NCBI GenBank assembly: GCA_037308085.1
Contig: CP147779.1
Coordinates: 32,001 to 96,000, forward strand
Direction: 5' to 3'
DNA from: Promethearchaeati archaeon SRVP18_Atabeyarchaeia-1
GTDB lineage: Archaea > Asgardarchaeota > Atabeyarchaeia > Atabeyarchaeales > Atabeyarchaeaceae
Length of the DNA stretch: 64,000 nucleotides
Numbering within the stretch: the stretch's first letter is position 1; each line of letters opens with the position of its first letter. The notes beneath the pieces were generated by a model, which ran no database searches, was not told the origin of the DNA, and saw only the letters and a list, made by a program, of their open reading frames with translations. Position numbers and translations under genes: made by a program. Shown piece by piece: positions 36,970 to 45,631 of the stretch.

Positions 36970-37238
36970 TCGTGTTCAACTCTCTATCTTTGTTTCTATT
37001 ATGCGGGCGTATCCCACTGTCCTGCTAAGCTGTGCTGTCATTTAGACCGCTTTGGAGGAGAAAGGTGTACTTCTATCTATTTAATACTTTTCTCGTAACT
37101 CACCAAAGTCGATAGACATTGTGGCAGTGAAACTCGCTTCGTATCTCTCTCTCGCGCGGATCCTCGGCCCGATCTAGTAAGCACTCTGTCTGCGTTTCAT
37201 ATGCCTTCACCAATAGATTTTTTAGGCGCAATAGGAAG

Positions 37239-38018
37239 ATGGCGTCTAGAGCAGCAGATACACAGGAGAATCGTCAATTGACTCCACGTTATGATTTCCC
37301 CCGGAAGATGCAGTCACAAGATTCGAGACAGACACCTAGAAGGGGTTTCGTGAAACGACCACTTAAGGTACTGCTGGCCGCAATTGTCTTCCTGTTCTTT
37401 GGGATCTTCAGGCTCAGGAGCATAACGTGGTTCACCTACGATATGTGGGGGATGTACCAGAGCTACTTGTCCGGGTACTTGGGGGGCGCAGTTCTCTCAG
37501 GGGTAATCAACTTCACTCAGCTAGGATACGTTACGGTTCAGCCTTGGCTTAATGCATGGCAGAATCTCTCCAATGGGAGTATGTTCTCTTTCGACAGCTT
37601 TACAACCACATGGTACCTGATCAGCGGAATTGAAATCGTCATCGCAGCGATAGCAATTCTGGCAGCATACTCGACGCTCATGCTCCGGAGAAGCTGGATA
37701 GCGAAAATCGGCGCGGTGACACTTATCATTGCAGGCATCCTCGATGTGGCCAGCCCATATCCCTTGATTGAGAGCATTCTGGGAATAGCTGCAATTTTCG
37801 TGCTGCTCAGGCCGGACGTAAGAGATGCTTATACCTTGAAAGAGGGAAGGACAACTCCACCGGCAAGAGGAGGACTTGAAGAGGAAGTTACATTCAAGGC
37901 TGACTTGGAAACTCCGAAGGAGAAAAGGAGAACCGGGAGAAAGTGTCCGAAGTGTGGACTGCTCCTTCCACCCTCTGCAAAAGTGTGTCGCAGGTGCGGG
38001 ACAAGATTACTCGAATAG
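37239..38018 (+). CDS. membrane protein with C-terminal zinc-ribbon
   Basis: About 4-5 TM helices; CPKCG...CRRCG. Confidence 0.7.
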   Translation: MASRAADTQENRQLTPRYDFPRKMQSQDSRQTPRRGFVKRPLKVLLAAIVFLFFGIFRLRSITWFTYDMWGMYQSYLSGYLGGAVLSGVINFTQLGYVTVQPWLNAWQNLSNGSMFSFDSFTTTWYLISGIEIVIAAIAILAAYSTLMLRRSWIAKIGAVTLIIAGILDVASPYPLIESILGIAAIFVLLRPDVRDAYTLKEGRTTPPARGGLEEEVTFKADLETPKEKRRTGRKCPKCGLLLPPSAKVCRRCGTRLLE

Positions 38019-38103
38019 TTACTCAATGACAGTGGCATTAGCCGAATCTATCTCAATTCTATAAATAAGTGTCCAGATTGGTTTTGAAAGGAGTTGATTC
38101 TTC

Positions 38104-38496
38104 TTGAAAAAATCCAGAGCTGTCGCTTTAATCGTGGTTCTCGTAATTGGCATACTACTGCTTCTCCCCTATTTCATAGAGGGGCTAGTTTGGGACACGC
38201 TCATGATGTCTGTTCTATATGGCATTGGAATGGTCGCCCTTGTAGCGCTGCTCCTCATAAGTCCAACACGACAGAATGCACAGGGCAAGGCAAAGGGTGG
38301 AGAGACAGATGAGATCAAGATGACAACTTCTCTTGCCTGCCATGACTGCGACTTCTCGCAAGAGAGGGAATTCCAGAAAGGTGATTTCATTGGAAAAGTG
38401 CTTGGCAAGTGTCCCAAGTGCAAGAAGGGAGAACTCTACATAAGGGCAATATACACGGTCGAAGAGAAGAAAAGTGGGAAGCGCCGACTCCCATAA
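38104..38496 (+). CDS. two-TM membrane protein with Zn ribbon
   Basis: Two hydrophobic helices; CHDC...REFQKGDFI...CPKC...YIRAIY. Confidence 0.7.
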   Translation: MKKSRAVALIVVLVIGILLLLPYFIEGLVWDTLMMSVLYGIGMVALVALLLISPTRQNAQGKAKGGETDEIKMTTSLACHDCDFSQEREFQKGDFIGKVLGKCPKCKKGELYIRAIYTVEEKKSGKRRLP

Positions 38497-38541
38497 ACCC
38501 TGCTGCCCGCTTTCCTTCAAAAGAGTGCCTCTTCCAGCCAA

Positions 38542-38997
38542 CTATGAAAAAGAAGTCTCCATGCCGAGCTTTCCAAGCGTCTTCTTGAGCCAATAGTTGT
38601 CTTCTATGATGTGAGAGAACTGGTTACAGGTTTCCTGCATCGCCTTCTTCTTCCCACTTTCTGCAGCTTTAACGAAGCTCTTGGCGAATTTCATGCTCTC
38701 CATTCCACCTAGTCCTTTGGAATCGGCAGTCTTGATTAGGTCGGAAGCCTCCTTCTTCTTTGCTGAACGCAGCAACACCACAACGGCGTTCAAGATAGAG
38801 TCTGATGCACCCGTTCTGTTCTTCCCAGCGATCGATTCTTCGCTGGATTTTGCAAAGCAATCAGATGCCTTCGGAAAGTCCTCAGTATCTGAGAAACAGA
38901 AACCAGCGCTGTTCCAGCGCTCGGCGGATAGGCTGTGATCGCCTCTCTTCGATTCCGCCTCAGCCTGTTCCACGAATTTCTTGCATTCTTCGGACAC
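38542..38997 (-). CDS. short alpha-SNAP-like helical protein
   Basis: GTG start after GAGGTG; SAERWNSAGFCF...ASDCFAKS and ESMKFAKSFVKAAESG...QFSHIIEDNYWL resemble SNAP N- and C-termini. Confidence 0.55.
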   Translation of the reverse strand: MSEECKKFVEQAEAESKRGDHSLSAERWNSAGFCFSDTEDFPKASDCFAKSSEESIAGKNRTGASDSILNAVVVLLRSAKKKEASDLIKTADSKGLGGMESMKFAKSFVKAAESGKKKAMQETCNQFSHIIEDNYWLKKTLGKLGMETSFS

Positions 38998-39219
38998 GCA
39001 GTCTACACCTCTCTTCTTAGATGAGTGCTTCCGATCATGAGATTCTCCTGACCTTAAAAAGCATTCTGATGACGAGGATAACTGGCAAGAGGAAGAAAGC
39101 ATTATAATAGTGGTTTCAGAAATAACCATCAGGAAATGTAGAGTTAATCGTCTCGGTCGGGGAACTGCCGGCTGACTCCGAACGAGTTAGATGACTGCGG
39201 ATCACGGAGAGTAACGGAA

Positions 39220-40071
39220 TTGCGAATAGCAGTGAGCACAAGCTGTTTTCTGGAGAAGCATGAGGGGTACATCATACCAACCAAGATTCCCGCAAAGGTT
39301 ACTTCAGCTTATGATTTAGAGTTGCAGGTCGATCGGGGATTCACTTATGAGAGCCTTGCAGATCTCAAGATAAAGTCGATACACTTGCCATTCGCCCGAT
39401 ATATACCGGCGGTCAAGTCTGGTAGGAAGGTATACCTTGAAGGAAGAACGGTGAACATCGCCAACATTGATGGAAAGAGATGGAAGCGTGATCTTGACTA
39501 CTGCAAGAGTGTTGTGAGACTCTCTCGTGGAAGAGGAATTGAGAACGCGATACTGCACTACGGCAATTGCACTTGTAGCGCAGAGGCGTACCAGAATCCG
39601 CATCATAGAGAGCTTCACTGGGAGATAGAGCTCAGGTTTCTGAAGGAAGTCAGCAAGTCACTGAAAGCGGCCGGGATCAGGCTTCTTATCGAAAACCACC
39701 CTTACCAAGACCGGATCTTCAAAAGCCACAGTACACATATCCAGAGCATCATCGATGAAAAGGTTGGAAGCCTCTGTTTCGATCTTGCGCATGCGTTCAT
39801 CAGGCACAAGCGGTTCGGTGATGAGGAGCCCGCCAAGTTGATAGACAGGTTCAAGGGCGACATCTTCGAGGTGCACCTAGCCGACAATGATGGAGAGACG
39901 TCGGAGCCACTTCAGCTTGGGATCGGGAAAATGCCTTGGCAGGAGTTCACTAAGGCTATCAACATTGAGCGGGAAGAAGTCCTGACAGTAGTTGAACTTC
40001 ACAGAGAACCGATGCAATCTATAGATCTATTAAGAACGCTAAGCAAGGGGAGCCCCGCCATCGAAAAGTAG
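39220..40071 (+). CDS. sugar phosphate isomerase/epimerase (xylose isomerase-like TIM barrel)
   Basis: SIHLPF, LIENH, CFDLAHA, EVHLADNDG, G.G..PW, VVE. Confidence 0.85.
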   Translation: MRIAVSTSCFLEKHEGYIIPTKIPAKVTSAYDLELQVDRGFTYESLADLKIKSIHLPFARYIPAVKSGRKVYLEGRTVNIANIDGKRWKRDLDYCKSVVRLSRGRGIENAILHYGNCTCSAEAYQNPHHRELHWEIELRFLKEVSKSLKAAGIRLLIENHPYQDRIFKSHSTHIQSIIDEKVGSLCFDLAHAFIRHKRFGDEEPAKLIDRFKGDIFEVHLADNDGETSEPLQLGIGKMPWQEFTKAINIEREEVLTVVELHREPMQSIDLLRTLSKGSPAIEK

Positions 40072-40319
40072 TTGTCACAGAATAGTCTCGCGGTCCGGAG
40101 ACCACCGAGGGCAGACTCCCGTCTGAGCTGCGGCTGGTTTAGAACCGCTACCGCACCCTGACACAATCTCCGACCAGAAAGTTGAAAAGTCACTTAGGTG
40201 GCGCGCCCAGTGTCCAGATCGCAGGTCTTGCGTGCCAGATCAATAAATCTTTAATATGGGTAACTACGCAATCTCAAGCATAAGATGTTTTCAGCGATTA
40301 TTTGGAGGCAGCATAGGTT

Positions 40320-41519
40320 TTGAGGAAGGTTGCTATTGTCGGCGCGGGTTTGACGCGGTTCTCCAGCTCCAGAAGCGATGCAAGTCAGGAGGAATTGCTT
40401 GCCGAAGCTATGAGGCAAGCCACGGCAGATATGGGAATGACGTGGGGCGATCTACGAAATGAAGTCGATATGGGCATAGGAGCATACTGCAGTGACTTCT
40501 TCAACCAGCAACTAATGTTTGGTGCGACAGTCCAAGACTACTTTGGGCTGTGCCCGAAACCGAACATCCGAGTCGAAGCTGTTGGAGCAACTGGCGGTCA
40601 GGGCATTAGAACCGCACTTGCGTATATTGCGGCAAGTACATTGTACGATGTCATCGTCTTATTCAGCTGGGAAAAGATGTCTGAGGTTAGCTACCCCCAG
40701 GCTCTGGACTTCCTGGGAAGGAACCTTGACCTTGACTTCGAGTACTACCCCGTTGGTGTGACTATTCCGACGATTCACGGCATGATGGCCGGAGCGCATG
40801 CCAGAAGGTTTGGAACCACGAGGGAGCAGATGGCTAAGGTCGCCATCAAGAATACAAAGAACGCGATTAACAATCCCTTTGTGGAGTTCGGGGCGGAAAT
40901 AGGAGTTGATGATGTCCTGAATGCGAAGCCTCTTTTCAGTCCTCTGGGCGAAAGGGATTTTGCACCCGCATCCGACGGCGCGGCAATTCTAGTACTGGCA
41001 TCAGAAGACAAAGCTAGGAAGTTCACGGACACCCCCATATGGATATCTGGGACTGGCTGTGGAACCGAGAAACTCTTCCACCGAAGATCCATGGAAGAGA
41101 TCCCCAAACTAAGCTCAACCAGTGTAGCCGCCAAGCAGGCATACGCCATGGCTGGAATAAAAGATCCCGTGAAGGAACTCAACTGCGCTGAGGTATATGA
41201 CATTTCCACGATCTACGAAATCATGGCTTACGAGTCTCTAGGTTTCTGCGGGGCTGGCGAAGGAGGAAAGCTCATTGATGAAGGCTTAACACAAAAGGAT
41301 GGAAGCCTTCCAGTGAACGTGGGCGGAGGATGCTTCGGCGCTGGCATGGCGCTCGGACCGATTGGAGTGAAGCAAGCAGCCGAGATGTTTTGGCAGCTCA
41401 GAGATGAAGCTGACAAGCATATGAGAGGTAGCGTCCAAATCAAGGGAGCCGAGAAGGGTCTAATACACGCCGAGTCTGGCTACGGCGTATACAGCGTAGT
41501 TCACATTCTGGAGAGGTGA
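40320..41519 (+). CDS. thiolase-fold protein (SCP2/Ltp2-like), catalytic Cys absent
   Basis: VAIVGAG, VEAVGATG, SDGAA, AEVYD, VNVGGG. Confidence 0.88.
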   Translation: MRKVAIVGAGLTRFSSSRSDASQEELLAEAMRQATADMGMTWGDLRNEVDMGIGAYCSDFFNQQLMFGATVQDYFGLCPKPNIRVEAVGATGGQGIRTALAYIAASTLYDVIVLFSWEKMSEVSYPQALDFLGRNLDLDFEYYPVGVTIPTIHGMMAGAHARRFGTTREQMAKVAIKNTKNAINNPFVEFGAEIGVDDVLNAKPLFSPLGERDFAPASDGAAILVLASEDKARKFTDTPIWISGTGCGTEKLFHRRSMEEIPKLSSTSVAAKQAYAMAGIKDPVKELNCAEVYDISTIYEIMAYESLGFCGAGEGGKLIDEGLTQKDGSLPVNVGGGCFGAGMALGPIGVKQAAEMFWQLRDEADKHMRGSVQIKGAEKGLIHAESGYGVYSVVHILER

Positions 41520-41559
41520 ACAGGAGACAAAGCATGCAGGAAGGAGGATTGAGTAACAC

Positions 41560-42024
41560 ATGACTCGAGTTTATGGGACAGAACCTCTGACTATCATAAA
41601 GGATTACCGGATTCGCTATCAATCCACGCTGGGAGAAGTATCGAAGTTTTACTTGGATATGGCGAACAAGGGAAAGCTAATGGGAACGAAGTGCGAGAAG
41701 TGCGGCAAGACATACCTCCCCCCATATCCGCACTGCCCTGAGTGTCTTGGTGAGACTTCCTGGGTTGAGGTACCTGCCAGCGGAACCGTGGAAGCCTTCA
41801 CAATATGCTACGCACAGCCCCGCCACTTCACGCGAAAACTTCCCTACGTCATCGCTTATGTGAGGTTGGAGGGCGTCGATAATCTGCTCCCAGGCATTAT
41901 TGAATCAGATCCTAGTAAGGTCGAAGAAGGGGCAAAGGTTGCGCTGAAGATCCGGGTTCCGGAGAAAGGACCCAGCTGGGGAGTGTACGAATCAGAGTAT
42001 CACTTTGAGTTAGTCGAGGGGTGA
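41560..42024 (+). CDS. DUF35 Zn-ribbon/OB-fold protein
   Basis: CEKCG..YLPP..HCPEC, GTVEAFT, PYVIAYVRL. Confidence 0.92.
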   Translation: MTRVYGTEPLTIIKDYRIRYQSTLGEVSKFYLDMANKGKLMGTKCEKCGKTYLPPYPHCPECLGETSWVEVPASGTVEAFTICYAQPRHFTRKLPYVIAYVRLEGVDNLLPGIIESDPSKVEEGAKVALKIRVPEKGPSWGVYESEYHFELVEG

Positions 42025-42033
42025 AAGACAGAA

Positions 42034-43314
42034 ATGAGCAGAAGAGTAGCCATAGTCGGGGCAGGAATGGGGAAATTCGACAAACCCCGGGAAGATAGAA
42101 GGGTTAGAGAGATGGTCGCCGAGTCCGTGAGGATGGCCTTCGATTTCGCGCCGAACCTATCCAAAGACGACATAGACATGGGCGTTGCATCGTACTTCGC
42201 CACGCACTTTGACCAGGAACATAACCCGGCTTCAGCTTGCTGGGACTACTTAGGCATGACGCCGAAACCTCTCTTACGCGTGGAGGGGGGAGGCGCAACA
42301 GGATGCTTGGCCATATGGGCTGCGTGGCACTACATCAAGGCAGGACTAGCCGATGTGGCACTAGTATACGGACTCGAAACACAGTCAACCGTTGATTCTT
42401 CTCTGGCAAACGAGTTCATCGCCTCAGCATCCGATACGGATTTCGATTTCGCGCTTGGGGGATTCTATACTGGTTACTACGCACTCATGTGCGCACGACA
42501 CTACAACCTATACAAGACCAACCCGGTTCACACTGCAATGATTGCGGTGAAGAACAAGAGGAATGCCCTGAACAAGCCATTCGCAGAATTCGGGGCAAAC
42601 ATCACGGTTGAAGATGTGCTGAAGTCGAGGATGATCGCGACCCCGCTGAAGATCTTCGATTGCTGCATGCTAACCGACGGCGCTGCCTCCGTTATTCTAG
42701 CCTCAGAAGAGAAGGCGAAGAAGCTCACCGACACGCCTATTTGGATCGCGGGTGCCGGGGGTGGAAGCGACGCTATGAGACTGGGTGACAGACCAATAAG
42801 CGCGTCAGAGACTTGGGCCAAAGGTAGCAAAACGCCAATCATCAATCCGAATGAGAATGCCCAAGCACTTGCAAAGGTGCTCTATCCCGACATTCAGTCC
42901 TTCGGAGCCTGCAGGGAGGCGGCTAGAGAGGCGTACAAGCTGGCCAATATAACCAATCCAATCAAAGAGATCCACTTGGCGGAACTGCACGATGCGTACA
43001 CGTCAAGCGAGATGCAGACCTACGAGGACATAGGATTCATCCCCCACGGGCAGACTGGTAAGTGGGTTGAGGAAGGCGGACCCTTCGTGGACGGCGATCT
43101 GCCCTGCAACCCCAGCGGCGGACTCATAGGGGTTGGGCACCCAGTTGGGGCAACAGGCATCATGAGCACGTTCTTTGCTTACCACCAGCTACTAGGTGAT
43201 GAACCGAAGTTCTGCACAAACAGAAGCACGGAAGTTCAACGAGCCGAGAAAGCAGTGGTGCATTCACATGCAGGCACGGGGACGTACATCGTCGTCTTCG
43301 TGTTGGAGAAATAG
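42034..43314 (+). CDS. thiolase-fold protein (SCP2-like), catalytic Cys absent
   Basis: VEGGGATG, DCCMLTDGAA, AELHDAY, NPSGG..GHPVGATG. Confidence 0.9.
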   Translation: MSRRVAIVGAGMGKFDKPREDRRVREMVAESVRMAFDFAPNLSKDDIDMGVASYFATHFDQEHNPASACWDYLGMTPKPLLRVEGGGATGCLAIWAAWHYIKAGLADVALVYGLETQSTVDSSLANEFIASASDTDFDFALGGFYTGYYALMCARHYNLYKTNPVHTAMIAVKNKRNALNKPFAEFGANITVEDVLKSRMIATPLKIFDCCMLTDGAASVILASEEKAKKLTDTPIWIAGAGGGSDAMRLGDRPISASETWAKGSKTPIINPNENAQALAKVLYPDIQSFGACREAAREAYKLANITNPIKEIHLAELHDAYTSSEMQTYEDIGFIPHGQTGKWVEEGGPFVDGDLPCNPSGGLIGVGHPVGATGIMSTFFAYHQLLGDEPKFCTNRSTEVQRAEKAVVHSHAGTGTYIVVFVLEK

Positions 43315-43325
43315 GATGGGAGGAG

Positions 43326-43820
43326 ATGATTGTTCACATGTCCGATAGACCCGATGTATTGAACACAAAGCCATTGAGAATAACGAGAATCCACGATATG
43401 ACCTTCAACCACAGTTATGGGAAGATAGACAGATTCTTCAAGGGAGTAGTAGAAGGGAAACTGTACGCCACGAAGTGCGGTCACTGCAACAAAGTCTTCG
43501 TACCTCCGCGCGCCGATTGCCCGTTCTGCATGGCTGATCTGACAAACAGCTGGGTTGAACTGCCAAAGGAGTGTGAGCTTCACACGTTTTCGGTACTCCA
43601 CTTCGCTGGACCGACTTTCTTCAAAGACCTGCCTTTCATTCTGGGACTCGCAAAGTGGCCCAACGTTGACACTTACCTGATGGCGCGAATAAGAGAGGTC
43701 AAACCAGAGAATGTTCAGATTGGAATGAAGTTGAAGGTGAAGTTTGCAGAGCCTCACAGGAGAACTTGGACAGTACTCGACTTCTGGTACGAACCTGCTG
43801 AAGAGGAAAACGGAAAGTGA
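43326..43820 (+). CDS. DUF35 Zn-ribbon/OB-fold protein
   Basis: CGHC..VFVPPRADCPFC, IGMKLKVKF. Confidence 0.92.
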   Translation: MIVHMSDRPDVLNTKPLRITRIHDMTFNHSYGKIDRFFKGVVEGKLYATKCGHCNKVFVPPRADCPFCMADLTNSWVELPKECELHTFSVLHFAGPTFFKDLPFILGLAKWPNVDTYLMARIREVKPENVQIGMKLKVKFAEPHRRTWTVLDFWYEPAEEENGK

Positions 43821-43832
43821 GGGAGAAGGAAG

Positions 43833-44102
43833 ATGCCCGAGCAAGATGAAAAGAAGTGCCCCAAGTGCGGCATAGGTATGAAAAAGTATGACGGCGGTGC
43901 CGGAGTAGTCTGGCTATGCGCTAATAAGGGATGTGATCAGACGGCGATTCAGGAATACGACGTCTCAGTATACCAACGATTCGAGGGAACAAGGCTAGTA
44001 TCTGATTCAAAGATATTTCTCCCACCAGAGAAAAGGCTGGGCGCAAGAAAAAAGGAGATTCTTGAGCAAGCCAAACCTTTTCTTAAGGGCAAGAAGTACT
44101 GA
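43833..44102 (+). CDS. small Zn-finger protein
   Basis: CPKCG...WLCANKGC; last gene of thiolase operon. Confidence 0.65.
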   Translation: MPEQDEKKCPKCGIGMKKYDGGAGVVWLCANKGCDQTAIQEYDVSVYQRFEGTRLVSDSKIFLPPEKRLGARKKEILEQAKPFLKGKKY

Positions 44103-44220
44103 CTTCCTCCCGACTGCGCCCCCTTCTTTCTGTACGACAGGAGGCAATCCCTGGCCGTAGCTAGGTGATAGGACTCAAGAAAGAAAACGGGAAGAAGAAG
44201 CGGTGATCGCCTTCCGTGCC

Positions 44221-45384
44221 TCAGTAGCCGAATTCCTTGTATACTTCCCGCTGTATGAGGAATCTGAGAACCTCAGCGGTTCCGCCGCCTATCATCATGA
44301 GCCTCGAGTCCCTTAGCATCTTTTCCACCGGGTACTCCCTGGTATATCCGATTCCTCCAAGTATCTGGAGTGCGCTGCTTGCAACATCGAAAGCGGTTTC
44401 AGTCGAGTATACCTTAGCCATCGTCGCTTGCTTGGTAGCAGAAACTCCTTTGTCGAGCATTCTCGCAGCTTCAAGTGTCATGAGCTTCGCCGCCTCAATC
44501 TTCATCGCTGCCTCAGCGATCTTGAAGCTAACTCCTTCGAACGACTTGATCTTCTTGTCAAACTGAGCCCGTTCATTTGAATACTTGATTGCAGCTTCGA
44601 ATGGTGTCCTAGCGTATCCCAGTGCTTGGGCAGCTATGCAGACCCTTTCCCTATCAAGCTCATCCATCAAGACTCTGAAGCCCTCGTTCTCTTTTCCGAT
44701 TAGATTCTCCCTTGGAACCCGCACATCCTCGAACTTTAGATGAGATACCTTGGCTCCGTGTTGACCCAACAGTTCATAGTCTTTGACTGCTGAGAAGCCA
44801 CGCATACCCTTCTCGACCAAGAAAGCGGACATGCCTTGATGCGGATGAACAGTCGTGTTAGTAATCGCGAAGACACAAAGGAAGTCCGCCTGACTCCCGT
44901 TCGTTATGAATCTTTTCTCACCGTTGATCACGTAGTCTTTTCCGTCAAGCTTTGCCCTGGTTTTCATTCCTGCGGTGTCTGAACCAACGTCCGGTTCAGT
45001 TATCCCGATGGCTCCAACCTTCTCTCCCTTGATTGCCGGAATCAGGTACTTCTTCTTCTGATCCTCATTCCCGAATTTGAAGACCGGCATCGAGTAGAAG
45101 AGTGATGACGCTGCTCGGGACATGTCTGTCCCAGGGCTTACCGCAGACACTTCTTCGGCGACAATAATCTCGAATCCCATACCCTTTTCCGTTCCACCGT
45201 ATTTGGAAGGGTAAGGTGAGCCGAGATACCCCTTCTTTCCCATGCTGGCAATAAAATCCCTGACCAGCGAGAAATCCTCTTTCCGCTCAATCTCTTCAGA
45301 TACTGGCAGCAATTCCTGCTCTACGAATTTCCTGACTTCCTTTCTGAATCTGATCTCGTTTTCAGTGAACAGTATTTCGCTCAT
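44221..45384 (-). CDS. acyl-CoA dehydrogenase
   Basis: ITEPDVGSD, INGEKRFITNG, RAQF, ALQILGGIGY, RDSR..IGGGTAE. Confidence 0.95.
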   Translation of the reverse strand: MSEILFTENEIRFRKEVRKFVEQELLPVSEEIERKEDFSLVRDFIASMGKKGYLGSPYPSKYGGTEKGMGFEIIVAEEVSAVSPGTDMSRAASSLFYSMPVFKFGNEDQKKKYLIPAIKGEKVGAIGITEPDVGSDTAGMKTRAKLDGKDYVINGEKRFITNGSQADFLCVFAITNTTVHPHQGMSAFLVEKGMRGFSAVKDYELLGQHGAKVSHLKFEDVRVPRENLIGKENEGFRVLMDELDRERVCIAAQALGYARTPFEAAIKYSNERAQFDKKIKSFEGVSFKIAEAAMKIEAAKLMTLEAARMLDKGVSATKQATMAKVYSTETAFDVASSALQILGGIGYTREYPVEKMLRDSRLMMIGGGTAEVLRFLIQREVYKEFGY

Positions 45385-45631
45385 GTTGCTCCACCACACG
45401 ACGGTGGTACACTTCTACCCTCTAGGTCAAGAGCATGATTGTTAAGTACTTTTCTGTTGCGAATCATTTTCGGTGATCTCGTCCTCTGCTTTTTTCTGCG
45501 AAGTTCTCAAAGATAACACAAGGTTTTTCCCTAAACTAGCACCTAGCTTAAGAACACCGACACGAATAGTGAAGCTTGACGTACCTCTGAGTATGATCTC
45601 ATCACCAAGTTTGACGAGGATGAAACACACT

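Noticed and set aside
40109-40165. TPP riboswitch (GGG..CTGAG..ACCC resembles the pyrimidine-sensing half)
   Set aside because: The CCUGAU/P4-P5 pyrophosphate-sensing half is absent, and the element is upstream of the next promoter
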